DNA from: Mizuhopecten yessoensis
Taxonomy: Eukaryota
Reading direction: 5' to 3'
Length of the DNA stretch: 64,000 bases
Assembly: GCF_002113885.1 (NCBI RefSeq)
Contig: NW_018403525.1
Location: 5,894-69,893, forward strand
In this document: in pieces, positions 25,426-37,190 of the stretch
Layout of the letters: every line of letters begins with the position of its first letter
Position numbering within the stretch: position 1 is the stretch's first letter
Program-made: the position numbers and the translations under genes
The notes under the pieces: model-generated
The model's database searches: none
Told to the model about the DNA's origin: nothing
The model's input: the letters and a program-made list of their open reading frames with translations, nothing else

Positions 25426-27529
25426 TAGCCAAAATAGTGGAGATAAAATAGTATCCGTTTGCCGCTTTTTTCTTGGTTGCGAATTATGACAACTATCTAA
25501 AACAGAATTAATTTAACTAAAACGTGCTCAACTTTCATTTCGTGAAATCAATTCAAGGTGCAAATGCTAACACCAGAACCGATATGGCTATCACATGAAT
25601 TGGATTGACATCCGGCGCAGCGCACATTGCTACAAGAAAAGTTCTGTTCCTTGGCCGACTTGGTAGAATGAACCTATTTGACCCAAACGTTATTTCCGAA
25701 ACGTCTTTTGCATTGTTTGTATATTTTTGTCTTTATGGTTTTATTCCTGATATTGTGAGGATATACATGCATACTTTGTAAATATAATGTATTTGATTGT
25801 GTACTTAAGGATGTTTCAGATGCTGTTTTTCAGAGTATGAATGGGAGGAACTGCTGATGTAATAGCGACTCGGAGTTTACAAAATGTTTGCTAATTTAGA
25901 ATACAATGCGTCCACATCTTATTTGGAAATGACCGTTGCAGTAACTTAAGCACCTGATTAGGATAAATTATGTAGCACGGTTGTGCGTCGACATCAGATC
26001 TACCAATGCCATTGAGCTGTGGCATTGTTTGGCGGTATGTTTGCACGTCGACATTACAACACACGTTGTCTTCCTTTGTAAAAAAAAAATGAGAAACGAT
26101 GTTTCGTGTCTTATTTGCACTGACTTTTCAATTGAGTTAATTGTTTACTCTTTACTATATTACGATATGATTAACGAACAATGTACTCATTCGAAGGATC
26201 CTCCATTACAGGTTAATGTGAATTAAATTTTGCAAACTTTGAATTGCTTTGTGCCATTTTTGTTGATGAAAGGACACAATTATAACAGCGGGAAGATACA
26301 GTACATATCATAAAACGCATGTATTTACCCTAGTCACAGCTAAAATTTTGATCAGAGACCAACGATGTTTTGTTTGTTTATGTTAGACAAACGATTCGTT
26401 ACATTTTTACCGGCGAAATATTGAAAATTATTTTTCGATAAAAGTGATATTTTTTCACCGAGTGAAACATTTCTCTTTTGCTGATTTGACCAATCTTTAC
26501 ACCGATTACAAACTACCATGAGAACAATTACCGATCAGATCGCCTGATATTATACAAATGGCCCACATTTTCAAAGCCTGGTTAGCTTAACGATACACAG
26601 TCCTCGTAAAAATCCGTCTGAGATATCAGCCCGTTCTACTGTTAAGGCCAGCAATTCTAACTATTATTGTTTGATGGGAGCGATCTCGTGAAAGATGTAG
26701 GATATCCTGGATGTCTTTGCTTATCTATGTTCCATGTTCATTTTTGTATTTATATCTTTATATCTATATTATGAATTGACCATTAATCAACTTGTATACA
26801 CGTTCTTGTAACTCTTCAAATTAGAGGAAATAAACTCACTGCGTATACTGCTATAGTTGTAATACTTTTTATTGTATTCTCATTTAGGTAGTTTGTGATT
26901 TTATTAAACGATAAATATAAATTTGATGTATGCTTTGTGAGGCATCCCAGTATTTACTAATAATATGTTAAAATTAAATATTTACACATGGAAGATGTAA
27001 TACTGATGATAAGTAATTTCTAAAAGCGTTATACATTTCAAACCAGAAACATATCCAAGCTACGGAAGTGGGTAGCTATAAACAAAAACAATAAATAGTG
27101 AAATTGCACAAAAACGAGGAAACTAGGGTAAAGGATTGAACTTTAGAAATACATGAAGATGACGGGGATCCATGAAAAGTACAAGTTAAATAGGACCACG
27201 TCCTCCGGACGGATTAGCGTTTTCAGCTGTGTCAAAGATATCCGCCAAGACAAATCTGTTTCGTATATCAAAGTAGTGACTGAATGACAGGGACACTAAA
27301 TGTATGGGGTGCATAAATTTACCATAAAAAGTCGAAAGTCATTTCCGGGTGACACACGAGAATTTGAGAACAATAACTTGATTGTCATTGCTACCATATG
27401 AACTGGTTTTCTCGACCTGTAATGATAGAAGTTCACATAACGTTGTACGTTGTTTTGGCGTTAGGTCGATAACTCACAATGAGTCAGTGAGTCAAAAAAT
27501 GTTTAAGTGACATTCACAATGGTAACTGT

Positions 27530-29030
27530 GTGCTACCACGATGTAGATCAAACTTGACAACCTACCACGCTGTAGATCAGTCTTTACAACCTACCACACT
27601 GTAGATCAATCTTTACAACCAACCAAGCTATAGATCAAACTTTACAACTTACCACGCTGTAGATCAATCTTTACAACCTACCACGCTGTAGATCAATCTT
27701 TACAACCTTACAACTTTACAACCTACCACGCTGTAGATCAAACTTTACACCCTACCACGCTGTAGATCAATCTTTACAACCTACAACTTTACAACCCACC
27801 ACGCTGTATATCAAACTTTACAACCTACCACGCTGTAGATCAATCTTTACAACCTACCACGCTGTAGATCAATCTTTACAACCTACAACTTTACAACCCA
27901 CCACGCTGTATATCAAACTTTACAACCTACCACGCTGTAGATCAAACTTTACAACCTTACAACTTTACAACCTACCACGCTGTAGATCAATCTTTACAAC
28001 CTACTCATATGTAGATCAAACTTTACAACCTTACAACTTTACAACCTACCACGCTGTAGATCAAACTTAACAACCTACCACGCTGTAGATCAAACTGTAC
28101 AACCTACCACGCTATAGATTAAACTTTACAACCGACCACGCATAGATCAAACTGTACAACCTACCACACTGTATATCAATCTTTAAAACTTACCACGCTG
28201 TAGATCAATCTTTACAAATTACCATGCTGTAGTTCAAACTTTAAAACTTACCACGCTGTAGATCAATCTTTACGACCTACCATGCTGTAGTTCAAACTTT
28301 AAAACTTACCAAGCTATAGATCAATCTCTACAACCTAACTTCGCTGTAGATCAATCTTTACAACCTACCACGCTGTAGATCAAACTGTACAACTTACCAC
28401 GCTGTATATCAAACTGTACAACCTACCAAGCTGTATATCAAACTGTACAACCTACCACGCTGTAGATCAAACTGTATAACCTACCACGCTGTATATCAAA
28501 CTGTACAACCTACCACGCTGTAGCTCAATCTTTACAACCTACCATGCTGTAGATCAAACTGTACAACCTACCACGCTATAGATCAAACTTTACAACCTAC
28601 CACGCTGTAGATCAAACTTTACAACCTACCACACTGTAGATCAAACTTTACAACTTACCACGCATAGATTAAACTTTACAACCTACCAATCTATAGATCA
28701 ATCTTTACAACTTACCATGCTGTAGATGAAACTTTACAACCTACCACGCTGTAGATCAAACTTTACAACCTATGACGCTGTAAATCAAACTTAACAACCT
28801 ACCACGCTATAGATCAAATTTTACAACCTACTACGCTGTAGATCAAACTTTACAACCTACAACGCTATGATCAAACTGTACAACCTACCACGCTGTAGAT
28901 CAAACTTTACAACCTACCACACTGTATATCAATCTTTAAAACTTACCACGCTGTAGATCAATCTTTACAACCTACCATGCTGTAGTTCAAACTTTAAAAC
29001 TTACCAAGCTATAGATCAATCTCTACAACC
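27530..29030. repeat. 29-bp minisatellite
   Basis: Unit ACAACCTACCACGCTGTAGATCAAACTTT, about 50 copies. Confidence 0.95.
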
Positions 29031-29662
29031 TCCAAAACCGTATCTTACTCATAAGGGAAAAAAAATCCCGGATATGTATGTCATTCCGGTCAGTGTGTAT
29101 CCTGTGTTTGTGTCTGACACGAATTGAACTGTAATGATGTACGTGATATCTTCTGTGATGTACTTGTTACCATATCTGACATGCTAACGTCAACATTACA
29201 TATCCACTTTATGATATTGCACCTCTTACATCTTGTTTTTTTCGACCCGTCGGATAACGACTCCTTGCGGTGCTGTACTATAAAATCCTGTTTATTACGA
29301 AAATCTGGCCATTTATTATTTATCGATTTCTCATAGTGTGTTCCTTAAGGTTGAAACTTACATACTGGTACAGTACAAGCGTAGGTGTTAACTAAAATAA
29401 GGCTTCATATTCTCTAGACTGTAAAGATGTCAAGTCAAGTGCGTAAACAAGCAGATGGTATTTACGTTATCACATCGTTCGTATGTCCGTCCGACGTTCC
29501 GTCTGTCTTTTAACCCAACTTCTGACTGCAACTAGTCCCATAGTTTTGATACAAATCTTTTGAGTTTTGATGTGTGTATCTAGAATCATATGAAAATGCT
29601 CGAATTTTACGACAGTTAATGTCCGATAATTTTTGAAATTATGGAATGATTTTGGATATGGG

Positions 29663-29953
29663 CATCCTCGATATCCAGTGGTTACGTTCACTTTCGCTCT
29701 CTACACCCCTGGAATATGTCATAGCAAATTTGAAGCGCGAAGATAGCTGTTCGATTGGTCTCAGTTAAAAAAACCTGACCAATCGCTAGACTGATACCTG
29801 TCCTTTGAAAATTACAAAGGAGAGACGCACGACTTCAATTCCTGTCAACTTTTACCATTACGTGACCGCTAGATTCCTTTGATGTATATCAAATGATCGA
29901 ACCAGTCTCCTTGTCTCATCAGCAAGGTCCTTAGTCCCTGAATATCGAGGATG
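29663..29953. mobile_element. CATCCTCGAT-TIR MITE with exact 9-bp TSD
   Basis: TIR CATCCTCGATAT / ATATCGAGGATG. GGATATGGG at 29654-29662 and 29954-29962. Confidence 0.85.
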
Positions 29954-30862
29954 GGATATGGGCAAAGGGAGTTAATTCAATTAGATATGTAGCAGCTGAA
30001 AACAAACGCTTGTGAGGTGATTTAACTTGTTTTAATTGAAGTTCAAAGATAGTTTTGCCTTTATTACATTTCAATGAGTATTACACCTTGTACTTATTTC
30101 AAACTATAAATACACTTGAAGATGTTTTTGAAAGTGTCTTGGTTGAAACCATGCGGCTTCAAAAAACCTGAATCATTTCCAAAGGAACTCCACTCTCCTG
30201 AAGGCGTCGTTGACATATGTCGAGTTTTTCTTACATACATTGTCAATGTATGGTGATGTCATACAATGCTCCGCTAGGCGGCGCCCTTGTAAGCTTTCTG
30301 TACCAATAGAAAACATACTGACGTATTGTCTGTATTGCGATTGTGATTGTTGTGTATCGTAAAGCTGACCTCTACAAGCCTCTATAAATAGTATACGTGC
30401 TTTGCGTGTATATTATGTCGCAACGTCAGTCAAGCGTTTGAAATGCACCTGTTGTGAAGCATCAGAGTGACCTAGCATAAAAAGCATCCCAGACAGCTTT
30501 GATAATTTCCGGCTATGTATCTGACAGTTATGGGGAAATTTGCCATTTGATATTGTCCTTTTGGAACCAGGACAAGAGGCTTTAGCTCTCCATATACCAG
30601 CTCAGACGTTCACGCGACCATTCAGGATCATGAGACAACCAACAGCAAATATCGCTCAACATGTTCTGAAGAAATAGAACGTATGGAAGCGTTTATGGCA
30701 CGATATAATAACGCAGTATTAATTTCAACTGTAGGCAAGGGATGGGGCAGGGGAGGGGGAGGGGGGAGGTTGGCTTAGATAATGAAACAAAGAAGCATAA
30801 TGTAACCTTCGTTTAAATAAAAACCAAAAAACCTGTTGTTACGGACTGATCATAATGATGCC

Positions 30863-31262
30863 CATCCTGGATACCCAGGGGTCACGTCATCCTCGATACC
30901 CAGGGGTCTCCTCATCCTCGATACCCAGGGGTCACGTCCTCCTCGATACCCAGGGGTCACGCCATCCTCGATACCCAGGGGTCACGTTATCCGGGATACC
31001 CAGGGGTCACGTCATCCTGGATCCCCAGGGGTCAAGTCATCCTCGATACCCAGGGGTCACGACATCCTCGATACCCAGGGGTCACGTGATCCTGGATACC
31101 CAGGGGTCACGTCATCCTGGATACCCAGGGGCCACGTCATCCTCGATACCCAGGGGTCACCTCATCCGCGATACCCAGGGGTCACGTCATCCTCCATACC
31201 CAGGGGTCACGTCATCCTCGATACCCAGGGGTCACGTCATCCTCGATACCCAGGGGTCACGC
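30863..31262. repeat. 25-bp minisatellite (16 copies)
   Basis: Unit CATCCTCGATACCCAGGGGTCACGT. Confidence 0.95.
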
Positions 31263-31583
31263 TCACTTCCGCTCTCTACACCCCTGGAATATGTCGAAGG
31301 AAAAGCGAAGGTTCAATGTGCAGCACCTTGTCGGTGAGACGAGAAGACTAGTTAATCCTTTAATGTACATCAAAAGAATCTCGCGGTCGCGTAACGGTAA
31401 AAATTGACAGGCTTTGAAGTCGGCCGTCGCTCCTTTGTAATCTTCAAAGGACAAGTAGTGATTGGTCAGGTTTATTTCACCTGACACCAATCAAGTAGCT
31501 AGCTGCGTGTCTTCAATTTTGCTATGACATATCCCAGGGGTGCTGAGAGCGAAGGTGAGCGTAACCCCTGTTAGTCGAGGATG
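30863..31583. mobile_element. CATCCTCGAT-TIR MITE whose left TIR is amplified into a 25-bp tandem array
   Basis: TSD AATGATGCC / AATGATGCG. The interior is inverted relative to 29663-29953. Confidence 0.85.
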
Positions 31584-31649
31584 AATGATGCGTGAATTAG
31601 ATCAACTTCTGATAAAGCTTTTTACGATGCCAAAGTGGTTATTTATATC

Positions 31650-32132
31650 TGTAGCCCCTTGCCCCTCAAATTATAAGACGACAGGCTTGGATGTTTTATC
31701 TTGTTTATTCCCGTAGGAAAAACCTGTAATATTAACAAACGAATACAATAGATACATTTGATAACACATTGACCTGAACTTACATACATCGAATTGAATA
31801 CAAAGACGCGAGTATACAAGACGGTAAATTACAAACGTACAATGACAATGTGAACATTACAGACAGACTTACCAGGGCTGATACGGATGGATGTTGACTC
31901 CTACGAGTCCTGAAGAGGAATGGCTGGAGAGAGTTGGGTTGGGACGTGACAGGACTCCGGTCTGCCCGTGCATTCCGTTTATACTCCTCACCCCATTCAA
32001 CCAATCATACGCACGCACGTACATACTGACATGTATTTACTTATGTAAGAATGACAATGTTATGCACGTGATAGATGATGTGTTAGTGCAGTGAACCTAG
32101 TACACATGGGGTACAGGGTTACATGGGTTACA
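31650..32132 (-). repeat. 3' LTR (483 bp)
   Basis: Direct repeat of 39796-40278. The ORF-track peptides are identical at an offset of 8146. Confidence 0.97.
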
Positions 32133-32143
32133 CACTCCCCCGG
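32133..32143 (-). other. Polypurine tract
   Basis: Minus-strand CCGGGGGAGTG immediately precedes the TG of the 3' LTR. Confidence 0.75.
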
Positions 32144-32966
32144 TTTGATGAAAGCCTCCTGGCGCTACATAAAATCATATTAACATTTATTACATAGGTT
32201 ATTGATTATATGAAAACTTATTGCACTAGTAACAATAACACATTATCACTGTCATAAAACCTGTTGCCTCGCTACCCACAAGGTTTCATTAAACAGTAAT
32301 AACACGACCAGAATTATGATGTATGGACTATACAGATATAGAATGTACCAAAAAACGAGTAGATTTATTAACAAAGATCTTCCGCAATTATGGTAAAGAA
32401 TATGCTTATATGCATATATTATCTTGTATAATGTAGGTCACCTTTACAGGTGATCTATCCACACCAGTGAATACAAATTCACTATAACTATATATAGGAC
32501 ACCTGCAGGATCTTGACAACTATTTGCACATTGTCACATAACGCTGCATAAGGGTTGGTCCAAATAGACATCCTCGACACCCGATCCATTCAATGTAGAT
32601 AATGATGATACATGCTTCTGCAAGCAATGGGTTTTCTGATCAACGAACTGAATGGTTTGGCCAATCCATACCAATCCAGCACGTTGATCCAAACACATTG
32701 ATGATATGATGGTAAAACAATACTGGATGATATGTATAAAACATTATATTAATAACTATACTTGTAATGAAATTGCTAGTCACCTGTTTAGGTCGTCCCT
32801 GAGGTTTGGCCTATCCATACCATCAAGGCTATAGACCATCACAGATCACGTTAAAAATACTTTAAAATACCTCAAGGAATCACCTCGACATATGTTAAAA
32901 ACAATGACATGGATTTTAAAAAACTAGTGTTCGGTGTTGATACAACTTCTTGTTGACAGGTTTACA

Positions 32967-35900
32967 TCAGACTTTTGAATGACTTTGCAGGAGAAAAACC
33001 CAATGCCCATACAGATCAGGTGGTTTACGTACACGTCCTGTACGTCTAGGTTCTTGAACCTCAGGACCACCTGGATCCGTCTGATGAGAGCTAGGTGAGC
33101 TCAAATCAAGGCTTGGCACAGACTCCCGCTCTCGCATAGAATTATGAAGCCCTGACTCAGGCTCATGCACACTGGAGTCACCTGTAGACTCCAGTAACTC
33201 AACTAAGTCAGAACTTTGACCCAGCTCACTCTCAGTGATAATGGTATTTGGTTCGTATCGAGTTAACGGTGTCTCATGTGCAGGGGTTATTCTTTTCGTC
33301 CTGCGTCGCGTGGAACGCCTCGGGTTATAAGGGGGTGATAACTTAGTCTCCATGCTGGAGTCTGAAGATGAAGATGAGGTTTCAGAGTCTGTCTGAGCGA
33401 CACAAACTGTCCGTTTCTCACGTCTGTCCTTGCGGTCAGACGCTGTAGGGGGAACCTCCACCGGAATGGAGTTGAAAGGAAGCAACATGTTTCTATGCAG
33501 GGTACGTTTTCGTCCCCTTGCACCATCATGTGCAACTTCATACACAGGAATATCACTGTTGGGGATGTTAATCACCACACAGGGTTCCTGTTCCCACCTA
33601 TCGGCCAACTTGTTTTTACCCTTGAGCCCTACCTTTCTTACAAGGATACGGTCTCCAACCTCAAGCTTTGAATCCCGAACCTTCCGGTCATACCGGGTTT
33701 TGTTCTGTTCGGATTTCTTCTTAGCTTCATTTCGAGCTGCCTTATACGCCACCTCCATCCTAGTCTTAAGTTTGCTGACATAGGAGGAGGGATCTACTGT
33801 ACCCTGCTGTCCAGGGTCAGTACCCAAGAACGCGTCCACTGACAACCGGGGGTGCCATCCAAACATGAGGAAATGGGGAGAGTACCCCGTGGCATCACTC
33901 CTGGTTGCATTATAGGCCTGGACCATTGGTGCGACATAAGATCTCCAATCCTTTTTCTTGGACTCATCAAGTGTGGCTAGCATACCAATGAGTGTTTTAT
34001 TGAACCTTTCCGCTGACCCGTTTCCCATCGGATGATATGGAGTGGTTCTAGATTTCCTAACCCCGGCCACCTTACAGAGTTGTTTAATGACACCACTCTC
34101 AAAGTTACGGCCCTGATCACTATGTAGCCTTTCAGGAAAACTGTAATACACTATAAATTTCTCATAGAGAGCTTTGGCTGTAGTGTACGCCTTTTGACTC
34201 TTACAAGGCACAGCTTGGGCATACCTGGTAAAGTGATCGGTTATCACTAGAATGTTTTCAAATCCGTCAGACGACCTTTCTAGACCGAGAAAGTCGATAC
34301 ACACCAACTCCATCGGTCTAGTCGTCTGTATGGGTACTAAACCAGCGGTAGGTTTGATAGGAGATTTCCTTCTTATGCAGCGACCGCAGGTCTCAACCTT
34401 TTCGTTTACATCTTTCTCCATACCTGGCCAGTAGAAACGCTGCCTAGCCAACCAAAGTGTTTTCTCCTTTCCCTGGTGACCAACATCATCGTGGATACCC
34501 CTCAGGGCGAGGGAATGGTACTGCTTTGGAAGGACAAGCTGTTTGATTTTCTGACCGTCAAGAGAAGCGGTTCTTAACAGGACACCGTCGTGTAAACTCA
34601 AGGTATTCCAAGTTCTAAGCATTTTCTGGACATATCGAGTTTCATCCTTGAGCCGTTTCCCCCTGGGATTAAAACCGGTTCTCTTCAGGTGTGAAACCCG
34701 CGCAATATCCGAGTCCTGACGCTGCTGTTTCACCCAGTCAATAGTCGCAAGTTTATCCGTTGACTCTGCACTCTCACTGGCCAGATAAGGCACAGAATCG
34801 TCAGACACACTTTCCGCTAGTGGGGCGACAATGACTGCTGATTGGCATATAGCCTTGACAACGTCAGTACTAACCTGGGATATGCGTGAGAGACCGTCCG
34901 CGTCAGCGTTATTTTTCCCAGCACGATACGACAAGGTGAAATCATAATTTGCAAGAGCAGCAACCCACCTGTGGCCGGTGGCATCCAGCTTGGCTTTTCC
35001 AAGCACATAAGTAAGAGGATTGTTGTCGGTCACCACTTCAAATGAATTACCATAGAGGTAGTCATGAAGTTTGTCCGTAACTGCCCACTTAAGTGCAAGG
35101 AATTCCATCTTATGTGCCGGATAATTCCGCTCACTTGGTCGTAGCCCACGACTAGCATATGCAATCACTTTCTCGCCATCTTCATGTTTCTGATAAAGCA
35201 CAGCGCCTAGTCCTAGGCCGCTGGCATCAGTATGGAGGATGAATGGCTTAGTGAAATCAGCATATGCCAGAACTGGGGGATTCATCAGTCTCTCCTTCAA
35301 GGTCTGAAAGGCGACCTGCTGGGACTCTTCCCAGACCCATTCAGCCTTTGCCTTAGGTTTTTTCTTAGATTTAACCTTCGGTTTGACCTTAGATTTCTTA
35401 TGCAGATCATGACCTTGCAAGAGTTGATTCAGGGGTTGTGCTATTGCAGCGTAATCTTTGATAAAACGCCTGTAGTACCCACTGAATCCTAGAAACTGAC
35501 GAAGCTCCTTTACATTCTGTGGTCGTGGCCAATCTTTAACGGCAGACACCTTTTCAGGGTCCGTAGCTATACCGTCTTCAGACACGACATGCCCCAAATA
35601 TGTCACAGATTTCTTAAAAAGCTCACATTTGGAAGGTTTTAATTTCAGGCCATGTTGGCTTAGTCTGGCAAAAACCGATTCCAACCTAGTCAAGTGCTCG
35701 TCAAAAGTACGAGAGAAGATAAGGATATCATCAAGGAAAATGAGACATTCTCTCAGATGCATGTCACCCATACACTTTTCCATCATTCTCTGAAAAGTAG
35801 CACCAGCATTACAAAGACCAAACCCCATTCTGTTAGTCTCCCAGAAACCCAGGTTACCAACAGAAAAGGCTGTTTTTTCTTTGTCTGCTTCGTCCATCTC

Positions 35901-37190
35901 GATCTGCCAGTATCCTGATCGAAGGTCCAACTTAGAAAAGTATTTTGACCCAATCAATGTGTCTACTGTGTCATCGAAACGTGGCAACATATACGCATCT
36001 TTACGGGTTCGCTTATTAAGCATGCGATAATCTATGCAGAATCGTAATGAACCGTCTTTTTTTCGAACCAGCACAACGTTCGATGAAAAAGGACTGTTTG
36101 ATTCCCTTATCACACCCGCTTCTAACATTTCCTTTACGTGCTGACGGACCTCTTCGTATATACCGGGTGGTACCTTACGATACGGCTGTTTAAAAGGCCG
36201 GTCTTCTAAAAGCTCAATTGTGTGCTTCACGAGGTCCGTGCATCCTATATCAAAAGCGCTGGTGGAAAACGCATGTTTCCAATTCCCTAGCACCTGACGC
36301 ACCCTAAGTAGTTGCTCATCACTAAGGTTCTCAGTATTTATCTGTATCCCAAGCTCTTCAGGAATTGATTTTGTTGCCTCAGTAGCTGGCAGGTTTGAAG
36401 CCAAGTTGTCAACGACCTGTACCTGATTTACTGAGCAAAGCAATGATCTCGGTGATATAATGATAGGCTTAGCCGTAATATTACAGATTTTAACCGGGAT
36501 CTTCACGCTTGACACATGATTTTTAAGTTTGAGAACCCGTGGGCAAACTGTATACTTTAGGTTGGAATAGTCGAAGTTGTTTTCTGTTACTATGTTGTCG
36601 ATTTCGGGATCTAATCCTCTGACCATACCGTTAACTACTGCAGACTCGTACGGAGCAACCTTGAAGGGTTTACGGTTAATGGACCGCACACCGTACGTGC
36701 ATGTTATGCTATCTACAGCGGTTTTCCACATGGCTGGCATTTCTAACTCCTCTGATGAGTCTTTTACAAGCCTAATCACATTTGTACCCAACAAAACAGG
36801 GCACTTTTTGTTGTAATCCGTATCCGGCACAACTATCGCCAATATACTAAAGTTTGTTTCTCGCATAAAAGGTATTTGGACATCACACTCTATAAATCCT
36901 AAATAATTCAGAGCAGACCCATTTGCCACAGTGATATCCAGACCTAATAAACTCAGATCATTCATCTCTGGTTTATCTTCTAACCTGTCATAGAATGACT
37001 CTGCTATAGTGGATACCTGTGACCCACTGTCTATAAGACCTTTGACTTTTTGACCTTGAATGTAGACTATTCCTTCGTTCGAAACACCTAATAGCCTATC
37101 CAACACATCCGCTTGGCCATTTGATTGTTCACCAGCCTCTGGTTGGCCTACAGCAGAGACGGTTATTCTTTTGGGCTTTTCTGATTTTTT
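32967..37190 (-). CDS. pol: Pol polyprotein (aspartic protease, RT, RNase H, integrase), entered by -1 frameshift
   Basis: Motifs LIDSGS; RFCIDYR, LDLRSGYWQ, FLDD; TDASG, VTDNNPL; HDDVGH..CGRC, CIDF, HSDQG, ERFNKT. The frame stays open about 28 codons upstream of the track's start and overlaps the end of gag. Confidence 0.96.
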   Translation of the reverse strand, partial: KKSEKPKRITVSAVGQPEAGEQSNGQADVLDRLLGVSNEGIVYIQGQKVKGLIDSGSQVSTIAESFYDRLEDKPEMNDLSLLGLDITVANGSALNYLGFIECDVQIPFMRETNFSILAIVVPDTDYNKKCPVLLGTNVIRLVKDSSEELEMPAMWKTAVDSITCTYGVRSINRKPFKVAPYESAVVNGMVRGLDPEIDNIVTENNFDYSNLKYTVCPRVLKLKNHVSSVKIPVKICNITAKPIIISPRSLLCSVNQVQVVDNLASNLPATEATKSIPEELGIQINTENLSDEQLLRVRQVLGNWKHAFSTSAFDIGCTDLVKHTIELLEDRPFKQPYRKVPPGIYEEVRQHVKEMLEAGVIRESNSPFSSNVVLVRKKDGSLRFCIDYRMLNKRTRKDAYMLPRFDDTVDTLIGSKYFSKLDLRSGYWQIEMDEADKEKTAFSVGNLGFWETNRMGFGLCNAGATFQRMMEKCMGDMHLRECLIFLDDILIFSRTFDEHLTRLESVFARLSQHGLKLKPSKCELFKKSVTYLGHVVSEDGIATDPEKVSAVKDWPRPQNVKELRQFLGFSGYYRRFIKDYAAIAQPLNQLLQGHDLHKKSKVKPKVKSKKKPKAKAEWVWEESQQVAFQTLKERLMNPPVLAYADFTKPFILHTDASGLGLGAVLYQKHEDGEKVIAYASRGLRPSERNYPAHKMEFLALKWAVTDKLHDYLYGNSFEVVTDNNPLTYVLGKAKLDATGHRWVAALANYDFTLSYRAGKNNADADGLSRISQVSTDVVKAICQSAVIVAPLAESVSDDSVPYLASESAESTDKLATIDWVKQQRQDSDIARVSHLKRTGFNPRGKRLKDETRYVQKMLRTWNTLSLHDGVLLRTASLDGQKIKQLVLPKQYHSLALRGIHDDVGHQGKEKTLWLARQRFYWPGMEKDVNEKVETCGRCIRRKSPIKPTAGLVPIQTTRPMELVCIDFLGLERSSDGFENILVITDHFTRYAQAVPCKSQKAYTTAKALYEKFIVYYSFPERLHSDQGRNFESGVIKQLCKVAGVRKSRTTPYHPMGNGSAERFNKTLIGMLATLDESKKKDWRSYVAPMVQAYNATRSDATGYSPHFLMFGWHPRLSVDAFLGTDPGQQGTVDPSSYVSKLKTRMEVAYKAARNEAKKKSEQNKTRYDRKVRDSKLEVGDRILVRKVGLKGKNKLADRWEQEPCVVINIPNSDIPVYEVAHDGARGRKRTLHRNMLLPFNSIPVEVPPTASDRKDRREKRTVCVAQTDSETSSSSSDSSMETKLSPPYNPRRSTRRRTKRITPAHETPLTRYEPNTIITESELGQSSDLVELLESTGDSSVHEPESGLHNSMRERESVPSLDLSSPSSHQTDPGGPEVQEPRRTGRVRKPPDLYGHWVFLLQSHSKV

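Noticed and set aside
18535-29030. CRISPR-like appearance of hairpin-containing repeats
   Set aside because: No unique spacers, no cas genes, and a eukaryotic intron-containing context.
30737-30770. G-quadruplex-capable G tract
   Set aside because: Simple low-complexity run with no functional context visible.
30836-31351. 171-aa and 160-aa repetitive ORFs
   Set aside because: Translations of the 25-bp TIR-derived array.
31780-32094. Small ORFs duplicated at 39926-40240, considered as env or accessory genes
   Set aside because: They lie within the LTRs, are short and have no recognisable motif. They are useful only as evidence of LTR identity.
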